Shown here one piece after another: positions 18,892 to 28,594 of a stretch of DNA of 64,000 nucleotides; the first letter of the stretch is position 1, and each line of letters opens with the position of its first letter. The DNA lies in assembly GCA_003566715.1 (NCBI GenBank), contig PXCF01000139.1, positions 18,275 through 82,274 of the forward strand, written 5' to 3'. Origin of the DNA: Cryomorphaceae bacterium (GTDB lineage: Bacteria; Bacteroidota; Bacteroidia; Flavobacteriales; Schleiferiaceae). The notes beneath the pieces were generated by a model that made no database searches, was not told the origin of the DNA, and was given only the letters and a program-made list of their open reading frames with translations. The translations under genes were made by a program, and so were the position numbers.

Positions 18892-19920
18892 CTATTTTTC
18901 TTTGCGTTTCTCTCTTTTAATCTTATCTTCTTCGTGAAGTTGGTGTAATTCCTCTGCATCAACGCCACGTGATCTTCCAAATATTGAGAAATTGATGTAG
19001 CGCTTAGGGTTGAGCTGCATGTCCAACAGCAACAAGTTAACTCTGTCGCTAGCCAACTCTAAATTGTTGAACAAATCTTCGTCTTGCAATAACAAACCAA
19101 GATTTCCTTCGCCTTGTTCAACTCTACGGAGCAATTCATTGAAGTTAACCAGTGTAGAGGTCAATGAGCGGAAGGCTTCCCCGGGGTTGCTGGCCATCAG
19201 TGAGTCACTAACTGCAGCGAGGTTTTTAGCAATTTTGTCGAGATTGAATTTGTTTTCTTGCAGTATGTGTGATACCTCGCCAACATTCTGAACGGTTTGC
19301 GTCAAACTTTCTTCATTTTCAGTTAAAAGGGTTTCAAAAGATAGGGCCGATGTTTCTAAACTGCTAAACGTACTGCGCAATGAAGATACCGATCCCTCGA
19401 TGTTGCTTTTAAAATCTTCGGTGAAAATTTCTGATGTAAGCGTCAATATGGTATCCACTGATCCGAGTAATCGTTCAACTTTATTCCTCAATGGTGCAAC
19501 CTGTAAGTTGACCTCTTCGGATAAACTGAGAGAGATTTCGGATTGTAAGGTGTCACCAAGACTGATGGGAGGGCCGGTCTTGTGAATGAGTTCAATGGCT
19601 TTGCCTCCTAATAAGTCTGTGCTGGTTATTTGAGCAATGCTGTTTTTGCTGATGGGGAAATCGGTATTAATGGTCATTTCTACCACGATATTTCCATCCA
19701 TTTTTGGGTGAAACTGCATATCGGTAATGATGCCAACTTGGAAGCCGCTGATGATGATCGGTTGACTTTTCACCAAACCTTCAACCCGGGGATATACAGC
19801 ATACAATTTTGTGCTGGACGAAAACATATCACCACCTTTTAGAAAAGTGGCCCCCCAATAAAGTCCGAAGATGGCCACGATGGCGATGATACCGGCGGAT
19901 AGTTCTTTTGAATACTTCAT
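18892..19920 (-). CDS. MlaD/MCE family protein
   Basis: Single N-terminal TM segment, an MCE-like beta domain (YAVYPRVEGLVKSQPIIISGFQVG) and a long helical C-terminus. Confidence 0.65.
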   Translation of the reverse strand: MKYSKELSAGIIAIVAIFGLYWGATFLKGGDMFSSSTKLYAVYPRVEGLVKSQPIIISGFQVGIITDMQFHPKMDGNIVVEMTINTDFPISKNSIAQITSTDLLGGKAIELIHKTGPPISLGDTLQSEISLSLSEEVNLQVAPLRNKVERLLGSVDTILTLTSEIFTEDFKSNIEGSVSSLRSTFSSLETSALSFETLLTENEESLTQTVQNVGEVSHILQENKFNLDKIAKNLAAVSDSLMASNPGEAFRSLTSTLVNFNELLRRVEQGEGNLGLLLQDEDLFNNLELASDRVNLLLLDMQLNPKRYINFSIFGRSRGVDAEELHQLHEEDKIKREKRKEK

Positions 19921-20109
19921 TTTTTAAGCAATAGCGTTACGTGACAAGTGTCGCATAAAACGGATGTTTACATCGGTATTGTTCTCGAACAATGCATTGT
20001 TTTTAAAACATTGACGTTTAATCGTAGTTGTCAAATCAAGTGTTCCAAAGCATTAGGCCTCCGAAAAGGCCAGCTGCTTTTTCAAAACATCTGTGATGCG
20101 AAAATAACC

Positions 20110-21303
20110 TTAAAAAGAGGATTGAGACAAATTTTTTTCTTTTCGCTCTGCTACGTCTAGTCCTATTCGCTTGCCCTTGTCAAAAGCGACAACGAATGCG
20201 TCGTCAAATCCGGCTTTGCGCGCATTTTTACATGCAGCTTCAGCTTCTGTTTTATTGCTGAATTTACCGTGAAAGTATTTGAATAATCGCCCTTGGGGTT
20301 CCACAAAGACATGGTTAAGTCCGTTGAATTCCTCGGCAGTGGTTTTTCTTTCTTTACTTGAAACAAGGAGTTGTACGGTGTAATAGAAGGTAGGCGCTTC
20401 TTTGATGGGGTTGGCTATTGCTTCTTCTTTTATCTCTGGTGTGGCTGGTGTTTTTTCGGCCTCCTCACTCGCAATAATGGGTGGTGAAAGCTCGGTGCGG
20501 TTGATGATTTCAAAGGCCTCGCGTTTTTCTTTGTACTCTCTTACCGCTCGGTATATGGCCGATGCCATAATGTCTTGCCCATTGTCACTTTGTAAAAAAT
20601 CTTCCTCGTAACGATTGGTCAAAAAACCCAATTCCACCAGTACGGCCGGCATAGTGGTTCTACTGGTCACCACGAGCGGTTGCTGTTTTACTCCGCGATC
20701 TTTTCTCTTGGCTCTAACGCGAAACTGGTCTTGTATCTTTTGTGCAAAGGCAACACTCTGTTCGAGAAACGCATTCTGATACAGACTCAATGCAATATAG
20801 GTTTCCGGTCTGCTGGGGTCAAAGCCTTCGTACTGCTCTTCAAAGTTGTCCTCAAGGGTAATCACCGCGTTTTCTTGCATGGCCACACGCATTTGCTTGT
20901 CTCCTTGGCCGCGCCCCATCACATAGGTGGAAGCACCAAAGGCCTGAGGATTGGTAAAAGCATCACAATGAATGGAAACAAAGAGATCGGCTTTGTTGCG
21001 ATTGGCTATGGCAGCGCGTTCGTGCAATTCCACAAAACGGTCGTCTTTACGGGTATAGACAACCTTCACGCCTTTGAGGTTTTTCTCGATGTAAGCCCCC
21101 AATTTGAGAGATACTTTTAATGCCACGTCTTTTTCGCGTGAACGATAACGACCTGTGCCCAAATTACCCGGGTCTTTTCCTCCGTGCCCGGCATCAATGA
21201 CCACCAAGGTAAATTTATCATCGTTGGTGGGAAGCCAGCTTGCCTCGTAACCGGGGATGAAGATAAACATGGCCAAAAGTGTAAATGCAACTCGTTTGAG
21301 CAT
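20110..21303 (-). CDS. N-acetylmuramoyl-L-alanine amidase (Amidase_3) with a C-terminal SPOR domain
   Basis: VVIDAGHGGKDPG and SIHCDAF motifs. The C-terminal YYTVQLLVSS...AFVVAF is SPOR-like. Confidence 0.85.
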   Translation of the reverse strand: MLKRVAFTLLAMFIFIPGYEASWLPTNDDKFTLVVIDAGHGGKDPGNLGTGRYRSREKDVALKVSLKLGAYIEKNLKGVKVVYTRKDDRFVELHERAAIANRNKADLFVSIHCDAFTNPQAFGASTYVMGRGQGDKQMRVAMQENAVITLEDNFEEQYEGFDPSRPETYIALSLYQNAFLEQSVAFAQKIQDQFRVRAKRKDRGVKQQPLVVTSRTTMPAVLVELGFLTNRYEEDFLQSDNGQDIMASAIYRAVREYKEKREAFEIINRTELSPPIIASEEAEKTPATPEIKEEAIANPIKEAPTFYYTVQLLVSSKERKTTAEEFNGLNHVFVEPQGRLFKYFHGKFSNKTEAEAACKNARKAGFDDAFVVAFDKGKRIGLDVAERKEKNLSQSSF

Positions 21304-21377
21304 GGTTGGGTTAAATTTTTAACGTAATAATTTAAAAAATGCTGAGGTTGACCAATTTATGGTTGGGTAAATTGGCT

Positions 21378-21385
21378 TAGTTTTG
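21378..21385 (+). promoter_or_regulatory. Candidate -7 box (TAnnTTTG) for lptD
   Basis: TAGTTTTG lies in the amidase/lptD divergent intergenic region. Confidence 0.25.
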
Positions 21386-21472
21386 ACCCCATGTTATTTG
21401 CAGAACGTTTTTGTGTAAAAATGATATGCACCAACGTTTTAATCTGTGGCAAAAATAAGGCCTAATAAGCGT

Positions 21473-24190
21473 ATGTCCTTGTATTTACGGCAATTTTTAT
21501 TTGTACCTCTCTTGATTGTGCCGGCATTTCTTTTTGCTCAGGTGGAGCCTGATACGCTGTCACGCCTTCCCCGGCATCTGCAAGAAATCGATACCACAGC
21601 GCTAAGCCACGATGCCATGGCCAAAAAAGATTCTGTTCAACCGGATACGATATCACCAAGTATTTTGCCCAAAGAGCCCTATAGAACGTCAAAAAGTCTG
21701 GATGAAATAGTAGATTCAGACGCCCTTGACTCCATTGTAAGTAGCATGAAGCAAGAAAAAACGTTTCTTTACAACGAGGCAGTCGTGGTGTATGGCGATA
21801 TTACCTTAAAAGCAGGATATATTGAAATAGATAATAAGACCAATGAGGTGTTGGCTACCGGAATTATTGATTCTGCGGGTAATTTGGTGCAAAAACCCAT
21901 ATTTATTCAGGGTGGACAAGAGTATCGGTCGGATACCATTCGCTACAACTTTGACTCAGGCAAAGCCCTTATCAAAATGATGCTCACCCAAGAAGGCGAG
22001 GCATTTATGCAAGGGCGAAGAGCAAAGAAAATGGATGAGGACATTTTGTACATCAACAAGGCTTCATACACAACTTGTAGCCACGAGCAACCGCACTTTA
22101 GGATAATGACCACGAAGACGAAGGTGATTCCCAATGATAGAATTGTTACCGGGCCGGCTTATTTGGAGGTTTTGGACTTGCCAACGCCTTTAATGTTGCC
22201 CTTTGGTTTTATGCCCACACAAGAAGAGCGTAAATCGGGTATCTTAATTCCCGCCTACGGAAGCAGCTTAGATCGCGGTCACTTTTTACGCGGAGGTGGG
22301 TTTTACTTGTCGATCAGCGATTATTGGGATTACACCGTTCGAACAGATATTTTTACGCGCGGTGGTTATGGTTTGTTTAATAACGTCAATTATGCCCAGC
22401 GGTACAAGTTTAGAGGACAAGTAAACATCGATTACAACAAGCTAATTATTGGTCGCCCCGAATTTGCGGATTACGGTCAATACAACAATTCGAGTGACTT
22501 TTCTGTACGCTGGAACCACCAGCAAGACCCCAAGGCTAATCCAAATTTACAGTTTTCTGCCAACGTTAATATCGCTACCCAATCGTTTAACCAGTTGGCC
22601 ACACAAGACCCGATGACCAACCAACAAAACCAACTGCAGTCGTCCATTAACCTCAATAAGAGCTTCGACGGAAAGCCGTATTCACTGGCTATTCAAGCCG
22701 GTCATAATCAAAGTAATGCCACGGGTAATTTGAACCTCGACTTGCCTACGGTCAATTTCAACATGAACCGGATTTTCCCATTTAAGAAAAAAGTGTTTAC
22801 TGGAAAAGAGGCTTGGTATGAGAAAATCGGGGTGCAGTACACGGGTAATTTTAGAAATTCCATCGAAACCAATTTGGACGACTTTGAAATGAACCCCAAC
22901 TTCCTGCTTGAACAGTCAAGAAACGGGGTGCGACACAATATTCCTATCAATGCCAACTATAAGATTTTCAAATATTTCACCTTGGTGCCTTCGGTGAACT
23001 TCACCCAGCGCTGGTATTTTAATCGCATGGACTTTGAATACAACGAGCGTCAAATTACGGAGGACTCCGTGGCGTTTGGGGTAGATACAATTATTTCTCC
23101 GGGTTTTTACACACCTTCTAATTATCAGGTAAGAGCAGATGTTACAACCAAAATTTATGGTATGTGGCGTTATAAAAAAGGTCCGTTGGCTGCATTAAGG
23201 CACGTCATTACCCCAAGTGCCGGGGTGAGTTTTTCGCCTGATTTCGCCGATCCATTTTGGGGTGCCTTTCAAGAAGTGCAAATCAATCCCGAAGGTGAAA
23301 CCCAAATGTTTAACCGCTATGGCGGTAGAGATTATATTTTTCAGGGATTACAATCAGGAAGGCAAGGTAATCTTAACTTTCGTATAGATAACGTATTGGA
23401 GGGTAAGCTAAAGTCAAAAAATGATACCGTTGAGGGGCAGAAACTTAAACTATTGGAGGGCTTGAGCATGCAAGGAAGTTACAACCTTGCCGCAGAAGAA
23501 TTGCAGTGGAGTCAGATTCGCATAACCGCTCGTACGTCCATTCTCAAAGGACTTATCGCCTTTAACTACAATACAGCTTTCGATCCGTATGCAGCCAATG
23601 AACGCGGACAGAGAATCAACGAGTTTTATATCAACACAGATGGGCGATTGCTGAGACCAGTCAACAGTCAGTTCAACGTGTCAACGAGCTTAAACAACCG
23701 CACCTTTGGCACCGTGAAAAAAGGTGGCGAAAACCCGGCCAAGCAACCCGTGATCGATCCGCTTTACGATCCGCTCAACGTGGAGAGTGGTTTTGGTGCT
23801 TACACCACGGGCGACCCCAATTATCATTTGCTCAATTACTATGTTGACTATACCGCCACGTGGAACCTGCGCCTCAATTATGTGGTCACTTCGCAAATTC
23901 GACAAGATGAAACACTCGTCAATCAAACATTTGACTTCAGTGGCGATGTTCAATTAACGGGTAGCTGGCGCATTGGCTTTAGCTCGGGGTACGATGTTGT
24001 CAACGCCGGATTCTCTTATACATCCCTGGATTTTTATAAAGACCTACACTGCTGGGAACTCAATTGTCGCTGGATTCCCTTTGGCGTCCAGCAATCGTAT
24101 TTTCTTTCCATCGGTGTAAAAGCCCCGATGTTCCAAGATTTGAAACTGGAGCGTCAGCGGGGTATCGGAGACTTTGGCCAAACTTTCTAG
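21473..24190 (+). CDS. lptD: LPS-assembly protein LptD-like (OstA N-terminal fold plus large beta-barrel)
   Basis: About 905 aa with a signal peptide and an OstA-like segment (VVVYGDITLKAGYIEIDNKTNEVLATG). It is divergent from the amidase gene, as is common in Flavobacteriia. The alternative GTG at 21446 is possible. Confidence 0.7.
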   Translation: MSLYLRQFLFVPLLIVPAFLFAQVEPDTLSRLPRHLQEIDTTALSHDAMAKKDSVQPDTISPSILPKEPYRTSKSLDEIVDSDALDSIVSSMKQEKTFLYNEAVVVYGDITLKAGYIEIDNKTNEVLATGIIDSAGNLVQKPIFIQGGQEYRSDTIRYNFDSGKALIKMMLTQEGEAFMQGRRAKKMDEDILYINKASYTTCSHEQPHFRIMTTKTKVIPNDRIVTGPAYLEVLDLPTPLMLPFGFMPTQEERKSGILIPAYGSSLDRGHFLRGGGFYLSISDYWDYTVRTDIFTRGGYGLFNNVNYAQRYKFRGQVNIDYNKLIIGRPEFADYGQYNNSSDFSVRWNHQQDPKANPNLQFSANVNIATQSFNQLATQDPMTNQQNQLQSSINLNKSFDGKPYSLAIQAGHNQSNATGNLNLDLPTVNFNMNRIFPFKKKVFTGKEAWYEKIGVQYTGNFRNSIETNLDDFEMNPNFLLEQSRNGVRHNIPINANYKIFKYFTLVPSVNFTQRWYFNRMDFEYNERQITEDSVAFGVDTIISPGFYTPSNYQVRADVTTKIYGMWRYKKGPLAALRHVITPSAGVSFSPDFADPFWGAFQEVQINPEGETQMFNRYGGRDYIFQGLQSGRQGNLNFRIDNVLEGKLKSKNDTVEGQKLKLLEGLSMQGSYNLAAEELQWSQIRITARTSILKGLIAFNYNTAFDPYAANERGQRINEFYINTDGRLLRPVNSQFNVSTSLNNRTFGTVKKGGENPAKQPVIDPLYDPLNVESGFGAYTTGDPNYHLLNYYVDYTATWNLRLNYVVTSQIRQDETLVNQTFDFSGDVQLTGSWRIGFSSGYDVVNAGFSYTSLDFYKDLHCWELNCRWIPFGVQQSYFLSIGVKAPMFQDLKLERQRGIGDFGQTF

Positions 24191-24201
24191 TCAGCCACTT
24201 T

Positions 24202-25185
24202 TTATAACATGCCTTCAACCAATGCTTCCGGTTTAAGGTCTTTAATGTAGGTATCTGGTTTAATCTCTCTTAACCTGCTTAGCAAAGCACTTTCTTCGTG
24301 TTTGCATCCAATCAGTTTTTCCTCAAGTTCTTCCACGGATTTAATGTGGAAGAAGTCGCCGAGCAATTTCAATCCAGTGATTTTCCCGTCGGCCACATTC
24401 ATGTGAATTTCAATGGTCCCCGCGTCGGTGCGAATGCCTTGGGTGAGGTCGTATTCAGGAGAATACCCAAAGTTCCAATCCCAAGTAGCGTATTTCTCGT
24501 CGCGTATCTTTTGAATGGTGGCCAAATCGTTTTCGCTGAATTCATACATGCGGCAATTTTCGTGCGTAGCCACAATGTGATCCATGATTTTATCGCGAAA
24601 TGCTTCCAGTGAAATGGGTGACTCTAAGTGGTCAACAATATTGGTGACCCGTTTGGGGACGCTTTTGGTCGCTCGGCCTTTGTATTTTAACGGATTGATT
24701 TTTAGTGCCCCGCTGATGTCACGCATCTGCGATGAAAACAACAATGTTCCGTGGTGTAGTACTTTCTTTCCAACTACGTGCTCGGCATTGCCGGAAAACT
24801 TTTTACCCTCAATCATCAGGTCATTGCGGCCTTCAAATGTGGCGTTGACACCCAATGATTGCAGTACGTCAATGATGGGTTGGGTGTACTTGCGAAAGTC
24901 CACCATCTTAGAGGCGTCGCTTCCGGTGTGGGTAAATGAAAAGTTGAGATTGCCCATGTCGTGGTAAACGGCCCCGCCGCCGGATAATCGTCTGACAACG
25001 TGAATGCTCTTTTCCTTGACGTAATCTAAGTTGATTTCGGCCAAGGCATTTTGGTGCTTGCCCACGATGATGGCATTGTCATTTTGCCAAAGCATAAAGA
25101 CGTCTTCCTTTAGATGCTTAAAAATAAATTCGTCCGTGGCTATGTTGAAATATGGGTCGGTGCTTTTGTGTACGATACAGAGCAT
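24202..25185 (-). CDS. lplA: Lipoate--protein ligase
   Basis: RRLSGGGAVYHDMGNLNFSF and KFSGNAEH motifs, 327 aa. Confidence 0.88.
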   Translation of the reverse strand: MLCIVHKSTDPYFNIATDEFIFKHLKEDVFMLWQNDNAIIVGKHQNALAEINLDYVKEKSIHVVRRLSGGGAVYHDMGNLNFSFTHTGSDASKMVDFRKYTQPIIDVLQSLGVNATFEGRNDLMIEGKKFSGNAEHVVGKKVLHHGTLLFSSQMRDISGALKINPLKYKGRATKSVPKRVTNIVDHLESPISLEAFRDKIMDHIVATHENCRMYEFSENDLATIQKIRDEKYATWDWNFGYSPEYDLTQGIRTDAGTIEIHMNVADGKITGLKLLGDFFHIKSVEELEEKLIGCKHEESALLSRLREIKPDTYIKDLKPEALVEGML

Positions 25186-25190
25186 GTTGG

Positions 25191-25751
25191 TTAATTTAAA
25201 TCTGGATTGATCGGGCCTTTTGCATACATGGTATAGGGGTGTCCCTTGTCCTTAATGATGTCGTGCCATAAATGTTCGGTGCTTTCACCACATACCCAGG
25301 AAAAAGGACGGGCATCTTCGATAAACCAAGTATTTTCTTCAATTTCTCGTTGCAGTTGACCTGGCTCCCAACCGGAGATGCCAATGTAAAAACGGATAGA
25401 CGCTTTATCTATGGCGAAGCTATTCAGCAACTGTTCCAAAACCTCGGGGTCACCGCCAAAGTGAATGTCTTCGGAAAGCGGTTCGCTATCCGGCAGCAAT
25501 TGCGGTTGATTGTGGATATAATAACAACGGTTGTTGGCAACGGGACCGCCGCGATAAAATGAACGCGTAAATGCACCGATAAAGCCAATGTCTTCCGGGT
25601 TTTCAATCTCAATGGGTTGGTTGATGATCAAGCCTTCCGTCCCATTTTTACCGTGTTCGGTAATTAAGACGACTGTTCGTTCAAAAAAAGGATCACCTAT
25701 GTAAGGTTTGGAACACAGCAGTTGTCCTTTGCGAAGTTCGTTTATACTCAT
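25191..25751 (-). CDS. YqgE/AlgH family (UPF0301) protein
   Basis: F-RTVVLI-EH and GGPV motifs. I used the ATG at 25751 (MSINELRKGQLL). Confidence 0.8.
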   Translation of the reverse strand: MSINELRKGQLLCSKPYIGDPFFERTVVLITEHGKNGTEGLIINQPIEIENPEDIGFIGAFTRSFYRGGPVANNRCYYIHNQPQLLPDSEPLSEDIHFGGDPEVLEQLLNSFAIDKASIRFYIGISGWEPGQLQREIEENTWFIEDARPFSWVCGESTEHLWHDIIKDKGHPYTMYAKGPINPDLN

Positions 25752-25910
25752 GCTACAAATGTACAAGACACAGAAAAACTTCTGAACGGTGTGGCGTGAT
25801 TTTCTGTTTGTATTACTCGGTATTTCCGTGTGAATAAGGCGTCATTTATCTTCTTCGTTGCGTACTTTTACCTCGTAGAAATTTATGTCTAGTTATAAAG
25901 TTAATCAAAC

Positions 25911-26558
25911 ATGGAAAAAGATCTTCGTTCGGCACGAGAGCACTATAAAAAAGGGGTATTGCGAAGAGCGCAAATGCTAGAAAACCCCGTTGAGCAATTC
26001 GATCAGTGGCTAACAGAATACGGCAGTAAGCAGCTCGCCGATTTTAATGCCATGACCTTGTCGACCATTGGAGAAGACGGTTATCCGCATTCACGTTTGG
26101 TTTTGTTGAAGGGGATTGAAGATGGAGGATTTGTTTTTTACACCAATTACGAAAGCGATAAGGGCCGTGACATTGCTGCTAATCCACGTGTTGCTTTGAC
26201 ATTTTTTTGGCCCGAAATGGAGCGTCAGGTGCGCGTTGAGGGGAATGCCGAGAAATTGCCCGAAGCAGAATCCGAAGCCTATTTTAAGATGCGTCCACGC
26301 GATAGCCAGATTGGTGCATGGGCATCTCCTCAAAGTAGAGAAGTAGATGGGGAGGGTGACTTAAAGGAGCGTTTTGAGTCTTACGAAAAGCAGTTTAGCG
26401 GACAAACAGATATTCCGCGTCCACCTTACTGGGGCGGTTATGTGGTGCGTCCGCAGATGATCGAGTTTTGGCAGGGACGTCCATCGCGACTCCACGACCG
26501 CTTTCGCTATCAGCGTCAAGACAACGGTCAGTGGACATTGCACCGCTTAGCGCCTTAA
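25911..26558 (+). CDS. pdxH: Pyridoxamine 5'-phosphate oxidase
   Basis: PHSRLVLLKG, IEFWQGRPSRLHDR and the terminal RLAP. Confidence 0.92.
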   Translation: MEKDLRSAREHYKKGVLRRAQMLENPVEQFDQWLTEYGSKQLADFNAMTLSTIGEDGYPHSRLVLLKGIEDGGFVFYTNYESDKGRDIAANPRVALTFFWPEMERQVRVEGNAEKLPEAESEAYFKMRPRDSQIGAWASPQSREVDGEGDLKERFESYEKQFSGQTDIPRPPYWGGYVVRPQMIEFWQGRPSRLHDRFRYQRQDNGQWTLHRLAP

Positions 26559-26565
26559 CTATTTA

Positions 26566-27003
26566 ATGATGGATCAACGTATTTCTTCAATTTTACTCAG
26601 CGATTTCGCCGGTAATGAGATTGACCTTTTACGGGTTTACAATGGACGGCCTCTTTTACTTTTGATATACAACAACCAATGTCTCGGTTGCACCGGAAGA
26701 GCGGTGCCCTTGGCTTATCGTTTAAGTAAAGAATTTACTGGAGTCGAGGTGGTGGGCGTTCATACCAATTTTTCTGGAGAACCGGTTACCGAACGCGACA
26801 TCATGTCTATTTTTACCATAGAAGCGTTACCTTTTTCTATTTACCTGGATAATGAGCAGAAGGTGTACAGACAATTTGCCAGTGAAGGCACCCCGCAGTG
26901 GGTGTTAATTACAGCTGAACAAACGGTATATCGTTCAATTTTCGGTTCACAAGGAAACGCGGAGAATCGCTTGTATTACGCGTTGGAGCAGGTTAGGAGC
27001 TAA
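26566..27003 (+). CDS. Thioredoxin-fold (TlpA/redoxin-like) protein
   Basis: CLGC CxxC motif in a 145-aa alpha/beta protein, 7 nt after pdxH. Confidence 0.55.
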   Translation: MMDQRISSILLSDFAGNEIDLLRVYNGRPLLLLIYNNQCLGCTGRAVPLAYRLSKEFTGVEVVGVHTNFSGEPVTERDIMSIFTIEALPFSIYLDNEQKVYRQFASEGTPQWVLITAEQTVYRSIFGSQGNAENRLYYALEQVRS

Positions 27004-27109
27004 GAGCGGTGAGCTGGGCGTATGTTTTTGTTGAGAATGAGGTTGCGTTTGCTGTTTATTGAGGAAGCTGATTTTTCACATAAATCTAAAATCCTAAATC
27101 TGAAATCAA

Positions 27110-27349
27110 TCATTGCTTCTGGTTCTTAGACTTATGTCTGCCAGCCACAAAGCCTCTCAAGGAGCGATGTTTGGTTTTTCTCCCACTGACGCGCTTCCGC
27201 CACATGCGGAAGGATGATGGTTTCATCTCGCGGCGCATGATTTCAATAACTTCACTTTCCGAGATGCCAAATTGAAACTCAATGGCTTCAAATGGCGTGC
27301 GGTCTTCCCATGCCATTTCAATGATTCTGTTGACAACCTCTGGGGACAT
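27110..27349 (-). CDS. TIGR03643-family small protein
   Basis: IIEMAWEDRTPFEAIEFQFGISESEVIEIMRREMK and the basic tail match my recollection of this family. The start is uncertain (27349 or 27373). Confidence 0.6.
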   Translation of the reverse strand: MSPEVVNRIIEMAWEDRTPFEAIEFQFGISESEVIEIMRREMKPSSFRMWRKRVSGRKTKHRSLRGFVAGRHKSKNQKQ

Positions 27350-27407
27350 AATATGAGTCTTACGTTTGAACATAAGACAATTTTTTATCATGAAATGTTC
27401 TGAGGTA

Positions 27408-27893
27408 TTAAAAACGCATGATCAAACCAAGCCCATTGCGGGCAAAAGACACGTTGATTTCACTTCTATTTCTAAAAGTATTACTTTGAAGTCCCGAGTT
27501 GTAAGTGTCTACTGCTTGCCTTGCCTTTCTACTATAACTGGCGCTAATTGGAAACGAAGCAATCATTAATCCAGCACCCAAACCACCAACGGCCCAGTTT
27601 GGTTCACCACCACCTAATGCAGCGCCAACCTGCCAGCCAAAAATAAACGCCCCCACGATGCTAGTGGCATTGGATAAATTACGTCGTGTTCGCGCAGAAC
27701 GCATTTGATCATAAGCCATGGGGTTGGTTTTCATTATTTTAATGGCTCTGGTCAATGATATTTTTTTACCGTCTATATAATACTCAGGACTGCCGAGAGA
27801 GCTTTCCATGGTGATTGAGTCCGCAACCGTTTGTGCAAAGGAAAATGTTGTAGAAAAAAGGAGAAAAGCGAAAATGATAACAGTTTTACTCAT
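27408..27893 (-). CDS. Hypothetical secreted/outer-membrane protein
   Basis: Signal peptide MSKTVIIFAFLLFSTTFSFAQ, a Gly-rich hydrophobic segment, and a terminal Phe. Confidence 0.5.
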   Translation of the reverse strand: MSKTVIIFAFLLFSTTFSFAQTVADSITMESSLGSPEYYIDGKKISLTRAIKIMKTNPMAYDQMRSARTRRNLSNATSIVGAFIFGWQVGAALGGGEPNWAVGGLGAGLMIASFPISASYSRKARQAVDTYNSGLQSNTFRNRSEINVSFARNGLGLIMRF

Positions 27894-27908
27894 AGCTAAT
27901 GATGGGTC

Positions 27909-28376
27909 TTACATGGGCAAGTATACGCCAATGGCATAAGTTAATATTACTGGAGGGACACTTAAATCTTGAGGAAAAATGGGGCCTGTGTCGATGATCC
28001 GTCCCAATCCAATTTGTGCAGTAAACCATTTTTTTCCTCGATACACGTAATTTGATGACACGATGTTTTGCACAAATGCATCGCCAGTTCCCTGGTTCCA
28101 GTACTGAAGCGATAAAAATGAGCTTCTAATGGATGGCTTTAAGTGATAATTAATCCCGGCGCCAAAAGAGATCAGACCAACACCTAGTTGAAGCCCCAAT
28201 AAATCGTTTAAAAGAAACTCAAAATCAGCCCCAAGCAAAGCGCCACCACCTTTTAGAACACCAATGGTTACACAGGCTTTTTCTTCATCCGGCACATAAC
28301 CTCCGTACTGCGAATAGATTAAGTTGGTGCTGGTTAAGAAACAAATGGTTAGTAGCGTTTTTAATTTAGTATACAT
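27909..28376 (-). CDS. Hypothetical small outer-membrane beta-barrel protein
   Basis: Signal peptide ending in SQ, with an alternating Gly/aromatic strand pattern. Confidence 0.45.
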   Translation of the reverse strand: MYTKLKTLLTICFLTSTNLIYSQYGGYVPDEEKACVTIGVLKGGGALLGADFEFLLNDLLGLQLGVGLISFGAGINYHLKPSIRSSFLSLQYWNQGTGDAFVQNIVSSNYVYRGKKWFTAQIGLGRIIDTGPIFPQDLSVPPVILTYAIGVYLPM

Positions 28377-28594
28377 GTTTCATATTTGTGACGAAGAAAA
28401 GAATGATTACATCTAATGATTGCAAATATATTATAAAACGTTTTTGAAAAGCAAAAAGATTGAGGCAAGACTGTGCGGAACGCTTTTTCCAAATATTTAG
28501 AATAGTAAACGACTTTTTATTTTTTATGTTGAGTACCTTTACTTCAGAAAAAAAAGGATCAAACCTTTCACCATTTCAACAATACCATTCCTGC

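Noticed and set aside
20056-20071. Hairpin ggcct-ccgaaa-aggcc considered as the terminator of the amidase gene.
   Set aside because: The T-run follows the hairpin on the plus strand, whereas both flanking genes are on the minus strand. The stem is only 5 bp.
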